A DNA stretch of 64,000 nt from Eledone cirrhosa (Eukaryota), in contig OZ024755.1 in NCBI GenBank assembly GCA_964016885.1, positions 15,562,001 to 15,626,000 of the forward strand. Reading direction: 5' to 3'. Shown here in pieces: positions 42,500-57,507 of this stretch (the stretch's first letter is position 1; each line of letters begins with the position of its first letter). A program made the translations under genes and the position numbers. Below the pieces are notes generated by a model, which was given only the letters and a program-made list of their open reading frames with translations, had not been told where the DNA came from and searched no databases.

Positions 42500-42878
42500 G
42501 AGAGTATCAAAAATGAGGAAAAATATAAACTGATTGCGAGAAGCATATAGATCTCTCTACTATGGTTTCATATCGGGAAAGATTCTTAATGGAACCACCA
42601 ATAATTGAAGAATTTGCCATACTCTTCGGAGGACTTAAATTCTTCAATGCAGAATGCTGGAATAAAAACACGCGTAGTGTTTCTTTATCAAAATGCCCTA
42701 GCATATTAAGACAACTTGACAGACTCATAATGTCGCTAGAAATTGCAGCGAAAAGAACGTCTGGTACAGTTCGACAAATTGATGACCAGTTTGATATTAT
42801 ATATGGTGCCTCGGAGGGGAACTTGCTATGAGCAAATCCCATGGTCATTCGTGACCGTAGGGGTCTTTACACTTTACC
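42500..42878 (+). mobile_element. Probable internally deleted LINE relic (RTE-like) with 3' tail
   Basis: MEPPIIEEFAILFGGLK resembles the pre-RT motif EPPTxEEVxxAIxxLK; ends in short-repeat tail ctttacactttac before (TA)n. Confidence 0.4.
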
Positions 42879-43368
42879 ATATATATATATATATATAAGT
42901 GCTTTGCCTGTAGTACAAATGGCCAACCTGGCCGCATAATGCCATGCAGAATCGCTCTTAAGAGAGCACTTGTGTGGAATACTCCTTGCAGGCAATTTTC
43001 ATTAGCCCGGTTATTCTCTTATTCTAACAACTGGAACAATCGTCGCCGGAACCGACGAAGGTCCACCACACTTATTAAGTTGATACAAAATATATAATAA
43101 TATAATAATTGCTATTACCGTTGTTTCCTCTCCACCAGAGATTTTCAATTATGTCTACATTGGTTTCTCTAATTTCTCTTCTCTACAGGAAAATCATTTG
43201 GCACATACAGTACACAAGCTCATACAGACAAATAAATAAATAAATAAGTGTGTGTGTGTGCATATATATATATATATATATACATACACGCACACATATG
43301 CATATATAGAAATAGAAATGCATGCTTGTCTTCCTCTCACTCCTTCACGTTCTCTCTCTCTCTACACA

Positions 43369-43410
<42 letters not shown>

Positions 43411-43452
43411 CGCGCACATACATGTGTGCGTGTGTCTCAATAGACAGGTATA

Positions 43453-43487
<35 letters not shown>

Positions 43488-43624
43488 TATAGTTGAAACA
43501 GAAAACAAAAAAACAACAACGAAGTGAAGAGGCAGTGCAATATATATATACACACACCCACACACACATACACTGGATATATTCTTCTCGGTGTGTTTGT
43601 GTTAAGCGTACATCCACAGATATA

Positions 43625-43803
43625 AGGAGAACATGACAGTGCAAAGTTTTATCGAATAATTCACTTTACTTTGTGAGTTCAAATCTCGCCGAGGTTAGCT
43701 TTGCCTTTCATCTTTACGCGGTCAATAAAATAATAATGCAGTAATACATTAGCATCGATTTACTCAAAATTGTTGGCCTTGTGCCTAAATGAGAAACCAT
43801 TAT
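43625..43803 (+). mobile_element. Decayed SINE (33904 family)
   Basis: gagttcaaatctcgccgaggttagctttgcctttcatc...aattgttggccttgtgcctaaatgagaaaccattat. Confidence 0.8.
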
Positions 43804-44254
43804 TTGGTACAAGCCGAACTATATTTGGAGAAGAGAAAGTTGATTATATTTACTCCAATACTTGGCTGTAATTATTGAATGAAACATTATACAGAATTGT
43901 AATTTCCACTATGAATATTTGTCTTTATTCTATACCTAGAATTATTTGTCTTTATATTTGTCTTTATTCTATACCTAGAATTATGTTATTCAATATTCCG
44001 ATGCTGGGCTGCCTCTGTGTTGCAAGCATTTGAATCAGATCTCTGATTTTAGGAGTCCTTACTTGCACCAATCTCGAAAACCCTAGAATGGGAAATGTTT
44101 ACTGCCCTTCCTTTCGTGCCTAAACAGTACAACATACATTTTTAAGGTAAGTAAAGTAATATGAATGAGGATTACCAGTGTGTGCATGAACGTGTAGAAT
44201 CCTCTTTCGTTGGCTAGTTGTGTTTAGTTATTACTGTTGCTATAAAAATGCATC

Positions 44255-44555
44255 TGTTATTCGTTAGAGCGTTCGACTCCCGATCGTACTATCGCGGTTT
44301 CGATTACGAGCTCTGCGTTCTGTCCTCGAGCAGTGTCCTTCCTCAAATTCACTAAGCTGGCAAAAATGAGGCGTACTTTTAATTCAAAGGCGTACTTTTA
44401 ATTCACCTTCATCACATAGTATGTCATTCGGAGAAGATACGTAAATATTGAACGTGTCTGCGGAATACTCAGCCACTTGCACGCTAATTTTATGACTAAG
44501 CTGTTAGGTTGTCCGAACAACCGAAACGGACCACGGCGGAATTGACGGAGATCCA
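44255..44555 (+). mobile_element. Near full-length decayed SINE (family of 37445)
   Basis: tRNA-like head gttagagcgttcgactc...ggtttcgatt, body ...gtgtctgcggaatactcagccacttgcacgctaattt...gacggag. Confidence 0.75.
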
Positions 44556-45207
44556 ACTCATGCACTCCGTTGCTAAAATTTTCTTTAGACTGAGAATTGC
44601 CACCTTAAAGTTTTAATACTTTTACAAAATTAATACGTAGTTACTGGTAGAGACAAGAAAAAAACTTACGAAGTAATTTAATGAAAACATGACAGCCATG
44701 ATGGTGTGAGCTGGCTTTGCTCAGAATAGTTCGAAGTAATGGTTAGTTGATCTGGATAGGATTAAATATCTTTCAATATTTAAGTTATAGAATTTCAGAC
44801 GTTGGGCGATCTAAATCAATATCATCAATATATTCGATTTATTATAACACATGAAGATGAATACGTAGCAACAGGTATTAACTCTCTCTAGAGAGAGATT
44901 AAAAGACAAACGCAGACATTTGTTTCATATATATATATATATATATATCATGCACAGAGGTTTTATATATATAATTATACGAGCCAGACAATTCGATATC
45001 GCCATGTATATATTGATTGAAGTTGATTTGTGTACTATTTCTAGCAATCGATTAATTGTGCAAAAAGGTCCCAAGTTAGAATGAATGTAAGGGTTGATTA
45101 AATCTCTTTACACATTTACTCACACGTGTATATTATATATATATATACACACACACACACATGCATACACATAACTATATGTGTCTGTGTGTGTGTGTTT
45201 TTTTTGG

Positions 45208-45261
<54 letters not shown>

Positions 45262-46309
45262 GAAGTGGAGGTGAAAAATATCGAAACCACACTGTCGGAT
45301 ATCATACGACAGCGTAAATTATGATAAATTGATTGTTCATGGCTGTTTGTGGTTTTGTTCACGAGAGCTTACCTATTAGTGTCATTGCAAAGTGACAATG
45401 AAAACACGTCAGTCCTTAAAATGCAACGTATCTTTTCCCCTGGACGGACATTGGTTGAATTAGAGCAAGATTTTATGACTAACCACGAACGATAAACGAA
45501 ACAAAATGAAATACTGTCAACGAACTGCATGCTAACATCTTTGTGCGTTGATTGATCGTCCTATAATGTGCAACAGTAGTGATGCAACTTGAATCTTAAT
45601 GATGGCTTCATAAAGCATAGTTTGATCGACCGGAGATGGAGCCCCGGACCGAGACGTGTGCCGGCACCATTTTATCGCTAATAAGCTGTTTCTCGTTCGG
45701 AAATTTGTGTTGATGTATTTATTTCAAATATACTGACTTCCTCAATTGGATATGTATTTCTATGTTGTATATTCACTTTTTAACTTTTAATGATAAGAAA
45801 ATTTCTGGTTCCGATTTAACTGCTTTATATTCTATCTTAATTTCTGTACACTACGAAATAAATAAATGTTACGCTACGGCTTTTGGCACCTTTCTATTTA
45901 ATTAAATTTATATAAGCTATCTACTAAGTCTTTTCATCACATCGATAAATTATTCGATTTATTCTAGCATATTCTCTACAGGTTAACCTCTTTAATGTGA
46001 ATCAAGTACATTTAAACTTCGTTATAATAAATTAAATACGAAACACGTTTTACCAGTTTGTATGTATTACTTAACCACTTCATTTCTTTACCTTTTATAA
46101 GGTATAATTGTTGCTCTTCAAGCCACAGGTTTTGTATACGCAAACAATGTTTCTATCTTTTTCACACAATCAATTCACGAATATTTATAGAGTCTTTTGT
46201 GTGTGTCAGTCACCACTGAGTGATTCTGAATCCTCAGTCCCCGGAGAGCCGTATTCTTCCAGCACAATCTCACAGTGTTATGACTGAATTCATTCCCCAC
46301 CCAATACAA

Positions 46310-46445
46310 TGATCTTCCGTCAGTTTCGATGACGAATGTGTCTTAGCTGTTCCATCAAATGAACTACCTGCTCATTTCGTTGATTTTGAGCACTACAGAG
46401 ACATGCATAACCTTAATGTAATTTTCAGATAGATGCAGCGTGGTT
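46310..46445 (-). mobile_element. Decayed SINE (family of 37445)
   Basis: ttccgtcagtttcgatgacga...acctgctc...tgagcactacagagaca...ccttaatgtaatt. Confidence 0.55.
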
Positions 46446-48729
46446 GTGGGTTGCTCTTTGCATACTTAAATATACTTTACTACATGACTACTACATGACT
46501 AATAGCAATACCAACGGAAACTTAAATTCTTTGGCCCGATCTCATGTATGTCAAAATGTAAAGTGGGATGTTGAATCAGAGACTATAGGGATATGTGTAT
46601 GTAAATACGTCAATACTGTAATTACTATAGCAATTGGCGTACGATAGGAGTATGTATGTACGTATGGACCCATAACTCTTGAAGCAATCGTAGAGGTGCC
46701 ATATTTACATATGGCATTTCTAGGGCATCTCCAGGAGTACAATAGTGGTACAAGAACTAAAACAAACGATACTGTTAAATGGGTAATCTAAGCAGCAGCT
46801 ATATATCTCAGCGTGGTATAGTGAAAAATAATGTAGAATTTGACAAATATTTTCTGTCAAGGAATTTCTCACCATAGCTTTCAAAAATATTCGAATTGAC
46901 ATTTTAATGTTTATACCATTTTTTTTAAATTGTGTTAGAAATAATTTCTATTGTCTGTATTATAGAAGTGAAAACATTGTATGAAAATAAGTTTAGATGA
47001 AAAATTTAGACTATCTTATTTTTCTCAATTCGTGCGACTGACATATGTTTATAGAAGAGAACTTGAACGTTAAGTAGCTGATTGATAAATGTGTAAACTT
47101 AGCAGTTGAATTTTTTTCTCAAGCGTGGGCTTAACCGTTATGGCTAAAAGAAACCAAAGAATTATGGAAGAAAATTATATCGCTATTAGCAGTTTGAAAT
47201 GAACTGAGATTATATTTTGGTTACAGTTTCAGGTGAATAAGTTCTGAGATACTGTAAGGGGAAAGAAGAATGTAATCTCGTATATGTATGGATTTCATAC
47301 CATGCTAACTCTCTTTCTCACAACACTAAAGATAACTGGATATTAGCTTCTTTTTTATGGTTGATTTGGAAAATAATAGATTTATCATACACAGTAAAAC
47401 GATTTTTTTTTGTTTATGTTTCTAAGTAAAGATATCTATAGGAATATAGACAGATGAAAGAAGAATTGGTGAAAGAAATTCAAAAGATCTATAAATGGAC
47501 TTCTTTCCCTAAACATTTAAAGGTAATAATCAATTTTTCAGCAGATATAAAGTTTACAAATAAATATATCTATAGCAATGTGTGAAACCTGGAGAAATAA
47601 ACTTCGAAAATCTATGAACGTGCTATTTTTTCTTCATAAATAATCAATGCGACAGATCAATGTTTAAACCAATTTAAAGATTAAATATTAAACAAAAATG
47701 AAACGGACGCCATTTGTAAATCAAAATTCATTGAAACTCGGACACTTCAAATCTTGTATTTGATAACTTTAAAATAAAATAAATTGAATAGCAATACTAA
47801 TAGCAACAACAATCATAATAACTACGATCATAATAACTACAATACATAATCCAGGCACAAGACCAGTAATGTTTTGTTTTTGTGTTTTCGTCATAATCAC
47901 TATAAAAAAATAATATTGGTGTCTTTTACTGGCCGCAAGGGTCCGAGGTGTGTAACAATATAAGGACGTTGCACAACTCAGAGTGAAGTTTGCATCGAGA
48001 AAAGGAAAACAGCCGATATAACAATAACAATAATAACAACAACAGTAAAAATAATAATAATGTCAACAATACAAATTTTGTACATTTTTCTTGTGTTAAA
48101 AGTGTAAAAAAAAAATAGTTCTGAATATATCCGTTTGATTGAAGTGTGTAAAAACTCAATTGTCATTAGTTTCAATTTTCTGTGTTACATATACAAATAT
48201 ACAGATGTGTATATACAAACAAAATATACACACATATATACAAACAAAAGCACATACACACAAACGAACACATTTCTTTTTTGGAAACGAAAAGTAAAAT
48301 GGTTCATGTTGTTTGGGGCCATGTTAATTTGATAAATGATAGACAATCCCAATGATACTTGTCATAGGCCAATGGATATGATGGCTGCGGCTACATATCT
48401 CAAGTAATGCAAGAGTAACTTGTCAGATTAGCGCCATGTGATTCATACGCGAACGTTTCATAGATTCATTTCGCAATTTTGTGCAGTTAAATATTACCGA
48501 AACTTGTACAAAATGTATGAAGATATTCATATATACTTATCTATCGCTCTCCCTTCATCTCTCACACACTACTCTCCTTATCTGTGTGTGTGCATATATA
48601 TATATATATACATACACACACACATCATACATATATATATGCGTGTATGAAAATAGTGTATATATCTATAATATATATAAATGATATATAAATATAAAAT
48701 GTATATAATATATATATATATATATACAA

Positions 48730-48881
48730 TGTTTAATATAGAAATGTGTTCTACATGAATACAACTGTTTCATTCGAAGGAAATCATCCTGTAGAAGCCA
48801 TATGTATATTAAACATTGTATATACTCTACTATGTATTGAATACCTAACTTACTGTGGTTACCTCCGATTTAACCCGGGAC
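48730..48881 (+). mobile_element. Third copy of the 4760 hairpin element, centre deleted
   Basis: Left arm to ...gaaatcatc joins directly to ctgtagaa...tatattaaac, then the shared tail atactct(a/g)ctatgtattga...tactgtggttacctccgatt.aacccgg. Confidence 0.75.
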
Positions 48882-49159
48882 ACACACACACACACACAGT
48901 TATGTAGAAAATGACATTTACGTATGCAAACATCAACGAATGTCTATACTTGTTCGTCAATGTCTGTATCAATCAATATATAAGTATGCATGAATTAATA
49001 TATAAATATGTATATTTATTTGTTGGACTTGAGGCGTGTCTCTAATCTACTTACCCACGACTGACTTATTTAAAAAAATAGTATTAAATTATATGTCAAA
49101 TATATATTAGTTTAATGTATTCAAATTACACTCAAGGCATCTAACATCATCTCGGTTAT

Positions 49160-49198
49160 ATATATTATATATATATATAAATATATATATATGAATGG

Positions 49199-49230
<32 letters not shown>

Positions 49231-49276
49231 GAATGGATATAAATATATATATATGAATGGATATATATATATGAAT

Positions 49277-49329
<53 letters not shown>

Positions 49330-49567
49330 TATGAATGGATATGGATATATATATAAATGGATATGGATATATATATGAATGGATATATACATATATATAT
49401 AAATGGATATATATATATGAAAATATATATAATATATAGATATATATACATATGAATGGAGATATATAATATATACATAATATATATACATATGAATGGA
49501 GATATATAATATATACATAATATATATACATATGAATGGAGATATGTAATATATATATATATATATG
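49160..49567. repeat. (TA)n with recurrent GAATGGA interruptions, ending in a 40-nt tandem unit
   Basis: Direct inspection; unit tatatatacatatgaatggagatatataatatatacataa repeated about 3 times. Confidence 0.9.
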
Positions 49568-50082
49568 AGGGAGCCTCTATCTGGTGATTCGAACTGCTAG
49601 AATTAACAGAGAAATCTCTCTCAAATTACAACCCTCTCTCTTAGAGACGAAAGTACATGTTACACAATCCAGGTCGAGATATTTGCAAAACAGACGGGGT
49701 TCTGGACTTGCAAAAACAAACAAACAAAACAAAACCAAAACGCATTTCATCAATAAGGCTCATTACTGCCAGCATAACAATCTTATCAGAACTGCACTGA
49801 CATCAATACCATCATCTTCATTAACAACAGAAACAATCCATATCCGGAAGGTCAATGAATCTGCTTGCTCCTAGTTATTTTAGGCAATAACAATTAGATT
49901 TGAGATGTTGTACACTGGAGTGATTGTTATGGAAAATGTAAATATTTGTTTGACGAAAATATTATAATTTCATGAAGCGAATAATTCAATATTTTTCAAT
50001 ATTTTCCAATGATGTGAAGTTACATGAAAGAAAACAAGGTCTTTGGATTTTGAATGTTCAAGCCTTTGGAGGGATTTCAGAA

Positions 50083-50300
50083 TCCTTTAAAATGAAAAGT
50101 GTTTTCATTAAAAGACATAAACATCGGTGAATAAGCCAGAAGTAGGTGGGAAATGGGGAAACACTATATATCTCAGCTGCGTCACAGAAGTGTTGTATCA
50201 TGTTGATTTATATGAGGAAAATGGCAATCCGGTGACGGAAGATACCGGTGGTTTTGAAGAAAGAGGAGTCAGTCATTGTCTGGTGTATATATTGTTGTTC
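50083..50300 (+). pseudogene. Decayed piggyBac-family (PGBD-like) transposase fragment
   Basis: FKMKSVFIKRH / NKPEVGGKWGNTIYLSCVTEVLYHVDLYEE...ERGVSHCLVYIL resembles PFKG..SLKQY..NKP.KWG.K.W.LC..GY.Y.F..Y.G...LG.GH.VV. Confidence 0.5.
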
Positions 50301-50418
50301 CTGGTGGTATGTATGTGTGTCTGGGTTTATTAATATTGTAAATTTATGTGGTTTGCATGCGATTTCAAATCTCATATATATAATTCAAATCTAATAGAGA
50401 GAGAGAGAGAGAATCTCC

Positions 50419-52126
50419 ATTTATATATATATATATATATATGATATATATATATACGATATATATATATATACGATATATATATATATACGATATATAT
50501 ATATATACGATATATATATATATACGATATATATACGATATATATATATATACGATATATATATGATATATATATATATATATATATACGATATATATAT
50601 ATGATATATATATATACGATATATATATATGATATATATATATACGATATATATATATGATATATATATATAAGATATATATATACGATATATATATATA
50701 AGATATATATATACGATATATATATATATATGATATATATATATATATACGATATATATATATATATGATATATATATATATATATGATATATATATATA
50801 TATATGATATATATATATATATATATGATATATATATATATATGATATATATATATATATATGATATATATATATATATATGATATATATATGATATATA
50901 TATATATATGATATATATGATATATATATATATGATATATATATATATGATATATATATATATGATATATATATATATATGATATATATATATATATGAT
51001 ATATATATATATATATGATATATATATGATATATATATATATATATGATATATATATATATATATGATATATATATATATATATGATGTATATATATATA
51101 TGATATATATATATATATGATGTATATATATATATGATATATATATATATATGATATATATATATATATGATATATATATATATATGATATATATATATA
51201 TGATATATATATATATATGATATATATATATATGATATATATATGATATATATGATATATATATATGATATATAATATATATATATATAATATATATATA
51301 TATAATATATATATATGATATATATATATGATATATATATATATATAATATATATATATATGATATATATATATATATAATATATATATATATGATATAT
51401 ATATATATATAATATATATATATATATGATATATAATATATATAATATATAATATATATATATGATATATATATATGATATATATATATATATATAATAT
51501 ATATATATATAATATATATATATATATAATATATATATATGATATATATATATATATAATATATATATATATGATATATATATATATATAATATATATAT
51601 ATGATATATATATATATATAATATATATATATATGATATATATATATATATAATATATATATATGATATATATATATATATAATATATATATATATATAA
51701 TATATATATATATATAATATATATATATATATAATATATATATATAATATATATATATATATGATATATAATATATATAATATATAATATATATATATGA
51801 TATATATATATGATATATATATATATATATAATATATATATATATATGATATATAATATATATAATATATAATATATATATATGATATATATATATGATA
51901 TATATATATATATATAATATATATATATAATATATATATATGATATATATATATATATAATATATATATATATATAATATATATATATAATATATATATA
52001 TAATATATATATAATATATATATAATATATATATAATATATATATATGATATATATATATATATAATATATATATATAATATATATATAATATATATATA
52101 ATATATATATATAATATATATATATG

Positions 52127-52158
<32 letters not shown>

Positions 52159-52260
52159 TATAATATATATATATAATATATATATATGATATATATATAT
52201 ATATAATATATATATATGATATATATATATATATAATATATATATATAATATATATATAT

Positions 52261-52291
<31 letters not shown>

Positions 52292-52399
52292 ATATATATA
52301 ATATATATATAATATATATAATATATATATAATATATATATATAATATATATATATGATATATATATATATATAATATATATATATAATATATATATAT

Positions 52400-52430
<31 letters not shown>

Positions 52431-52661
52431 ATATATATAATATATATAATATATATATATATAATATATATAATATATATATATATATATAATATATATA
52501 TATATAATATATATATATAATATATATATATAATATATATATATATATATAATATATATATATAATATATATATATAATATAATATATATATATATTATA
52601 TATATAATATATATATATATATATAATATATATATATATATATAATATATATATATATAAT

Positions 52662-52693
<32 letters not shown>

Positions 52694-52743
52694 ATATAAT
52701 ATATATATATATTATATATATAATATATATATATATATATAAT

Positions 52744-52775
<32 letters not shown>

Positions 52776-53673
52776 ATATAATATATATATATATTATATA
52801 TATATATTATATATATAATATATATATATATATAATATATATATATATAATATATATATATACATATATAATATATATATATATAATATATATATATAAT
52901 ATATATATATGATATATATATATATATGATATATATATATAATATATATACATATATGATATATATATATAATATATATATATACATATATCATATATAT
53001 ATATATATAATATATATATATATATGATATATATATATATATATGATATATATATGATATATATACGATATATATATATGATATATATACGATATATATA
53101 TATGTATGATATATATAAATATATATATGATATATATATATATGATATATATATATATATATCTATATAATATATATGATATATATATGATATATATATA
53201 ATATATATATATATATGTATATAATATATATATATATATATGATATATATATATATATAATATATATATATATGTATATAATATATATATATATATGATA
53301 TATATATATGATATATATATATATGTATATAATATATATGATATATATATATGATATATATATATATGATATATATATATTTTATATATGTATATAATAT
53401 ATATATATGTATATAATATATATATGATATATATATATTTTATATATGTATATAATATATATATATGTATATAATATATATATGATATATATATATTTTA
53501 TATATGTATATAATATATATATATGTATATAATATATATATATAAAATATATATATTTTATATATGTATATAATATATATATATGTATATAATATATATA
53601 TAAAATATATATATATATAAAATATATATATATGATATATGAAATATATATATATATGATATATAAATATATG

Positions 53674-53716
<43 letters not shown>

Positions 53717-54369
53717 ATATATATGTATATAATATATATATATAATATATATATATATGATATATAAATATATGTATATAATATATATATATGTATATAA
53801 TATATATATATAATATATATATATATTATATATAAAATATATATATATATGATATAATATATATATATATGTATATAATATATATATTATATATATGCTA
53901 TATAAAATATATATTTTTTTATATATATTTATTTATGTATATTGTATATATATGTAATATATAAAATATATATATATAATATATATATATATATGTATAT
54001 AATATATATATATATATGTATATAATATATATATATATATGTATATAATATATATATATATGTATATAATATATATATATATGTATATAATATATATATA
54101 ATATATGTATATAATATATATATATATATATATGTATATAATATATATATATATATGGATATAATATATATATAATATATGTATATAATATATATATATA
54201 TATGGATATAATATATATATAATATATGTATATAATATATATATATATATGGATATAATATATATATAATATATATATATATGTATATATAATTATATAT
54301 ATATATATATATGTATATAATATATATATATATATGGATATAATATATATATAATATATATATATATAT

Positions 54370-54442
<73 letters not shown>

Positions 54443-54497
54443 ATATATATATATATGTATATATATAATTATATATATATATATATATATATATAAT

Positions 54498-54529
<32 letters not shown>

Positions 54530-54577
54530 ATATATATATATATGTATATATAATATATATATATATGTATATATAAT

Positions 54578-54640
<63 letters not shown>

Positions 54641-54748
54641 ATATATATATATATATGTATATATATGTATATATAATATATATATATATATGTATATATA
54701 ATATATATATATATATATGTATATATAATATATATATATATATATATG

Positions 54749-54779
<31 letters not shown>

Positions 54780-54886
54780 ATATATATATATGTATATATA
54801 ATATATATATATATATATGTATATATAATATATATATATATGTATATAATATATATATATGTATATATAATATGTATATATATATG

Positions 54887-54929
<43 letters not shown>

Positions 54930-55027
54930 ATATATATATATATATATAATATATATATGGATATAATATATATATATATTATATATATATATATGGATAT
55001 AATATATATATATATATAATATATATA
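50419..55027. repeat. About 4.6-kb interrupted (TA)n array with domain-wise variant units
   Basis: Interruptions change from ACG to ATG to AA to ATGT/ATGG along the array. Confidence 0.98.
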
Positions 55028-55450
55028 TTGTTATACTTTGGGAGGGTCATGTTGCCAATAAGAAACACACGCACCAGTTGCTTTCACTTCAATTTATTAT
55101 AATAAATTTATTGTAAATTTATAAATTTATAAATTTCTGGTTGGTTGGTTGGTTGCACAACCAGATAGTTGTTTATATATTGTCACAGTTATTTCGTCAC
55201 ACACTCTGTGACCTCTTCAGTGACTGGGGATTCCTTTCTTTGTTTCTGTGCCTCTCCTTTGTTCTGTCCTACGCCATTTTGTTTCTGTGTGTGTGTTGTG
55301 TGTTTAGTCTGCGCATGCATGAAGTGAAAGCAACTGGTGCGTGTGTTTCTTATTGGCAACATGACCCTCCCAAAGTATAACAATATCGGTTTCAACACAC
55401 GATTCAGATAAAGAATCTTGCTAAACAAATTCACAAACGAAATATAATAT
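55025..55450 (-). mobile_element. Inverted-end element with hammerhead-like core (Penelope-like pseudo-LTR candidate)
   Basis: About 66-bp perfect inverted repeat (55026-55091 vs 55320-55386) around a ~230-bp core; minus strand has CTGAAGA-G-GTCAC..GTGAC-GAAA and downstream AATAAA; inserted in (TA)n. Confidence 0.6.
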
Positions 55451-55544
55451 ATATATGTATATATATATATGTAATATAATATATAATATATATATATATA
55501 TATATATGTATATAATATATATATATATATATATTATATACATA

Positions 55545-55993
55545 TATATATATACATATATATATTATATTTCGTTTGTGAATTTGTTTAGCAAGATTCT
55601 TTATCTGAAATCGTGTGTTGAAACCGATATTGTTATACTTTGGGAGGGTCATGTTGCCAATAAGAAACACACGCACCAGTTGCTTTCACTTCATGCATGC
55701 GCAGACTAAACACACAACACACACACAGAAACAAAATGGCGTAGGACAGAACAAAGGAGAGGCACAGAAACAAAGAAAGGAATCCCCAGTCACTGAAGAG
55801 GTCACAGAGTGTGTGACGAAATAACTGTGACAATATATAAACAACTATCTGGTTGTGCAACCAACCAACCAACCAGAAATTTATAAATTTATAAATTTAC
55901 AATAAATTTATTATAATAAATTGAAGTGAAAGCAACTGGTGCGTGTGTTTCTTATTGGCAACATGACCCTCCCAAAGTATAACAATATCGGTT
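55545..55993 (+). repeat. Inverted near-identical copy of 55025-55470 (probable misassembly)
   Basis: Reverse complement of the preceding unit; runs into the N gap. Confidence 0.85.
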
Positions 55994-56193
55994 NNNNNNN
56001 NNNNNNNNNNNNNNNNNNNNNNNNNNNNNNNNNNNNNNNNNNNNNNNNNNNNNNNNNNNNNNNNNNNNNNNNNNNNNNNNNNNNNNNNNNNNNNNNNNNN
56101 NNNNNNNNNNNNNNNNNNNNNNNNNNNNNNNNNNNNNNNNNNNNNNNNNNNNNNNNNNNNNNNNNNNNNNNNNNNNNNNNNNNNNNNNNNNNN
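55994..56193. other. Assembly gap (200 N)
   Basis: Run of n. Confidence 1.
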
Positions 56194-56227
56194 ATATATA
56201 TATGATATATATATATGATATATATAT

Positions 56228-56278
<51 letters not shown>

Positions 56279-56717
56279 TATATGATATATATATATATAT
56301 AATATATATATATATGATATATATATATATATAATATATATATATGATATATATATATATATAATATATATATATGATATATATATATATATAATATATA
56401 TATATGATATATATATATATATAATATATATATATATATAATATATATATATATATAATATATATATATATATAATATATATATATAATATATATATATA
56501 TATGATATATAATATATATAATATATAATATATATATATGATATATATATGATATATATATATATATATAATATATATATATATATGATATATAATATAT
56601 ATAATATATAATATATATATATGATATATATATATGATATATATATATATATATAATATATATATATAATATATATATATGATATATATATATATATAAT
56701 ATATATATATATATAAT

Positions 56718-56751
<34 letters not shown>

Positions 56752-56864
56752 ATATATATATAATATATATATAATATATATATATGATATATATATATAT
56801 ATAATATATATATATAATATATATATAATATATATATAATATATATATATAATATATATATATG

Positions 56865-56896
<32 letters not shown>

Positions 56897-56996
56897 TATA
56901 ATATATATATATAATATATATATATGATATATATATATATATAATATATATATATGATATATATATATATATAATATATATATAATATATATATAT

Positions 56997-57027
<31 letters not shown>

Positions 57028-57135
57028 ATATATATAATATATATATAATATATATAATATATATATAATATATATATATAATATATATATATGATATATA
57101 TATATATATAATATATATATATAATATATATATAT

Positions 57136-57166
<31 letters not shown>

Positions 57167-57393
57167 ATATATATAATATATATAATATATATATATATAA
57201 TATATATAATATATATATATATATATAATATATATATATATAATATATATATAATATATATATATAATATATATATATATATATAATATATATATATAAT
57301 ATATATATATAATATAATATATATATATTATATATATAATATATATATATATATATAATATATATATATATATATAATATATATATATATAAT

Positions 57394-57425
<32 letters not shown>

Positions 57426-57475
57426 ATATAATATATATATATATTATATATATAATATATATATATATATATAAT

Positions 57476-57507
<32 letters not shown>

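Noticed and set aside
43915-43985. Small tandem duplication (and a 19-bp one at ~44369-44405)
   Set aside because: Ordinary slippage duplications.
45625-45670. GC-rich patch resembling a tRNA 3' half on the minus strand
   Set aside because: No cloverleaf; at most a decayed SINE head.
55141-55872. 79-aa hydrophobic ORF present in three copies
   Set aside because: Lies within a repeat element, starts at a non-ATG codon, and the copies are probably assembly duplicates.
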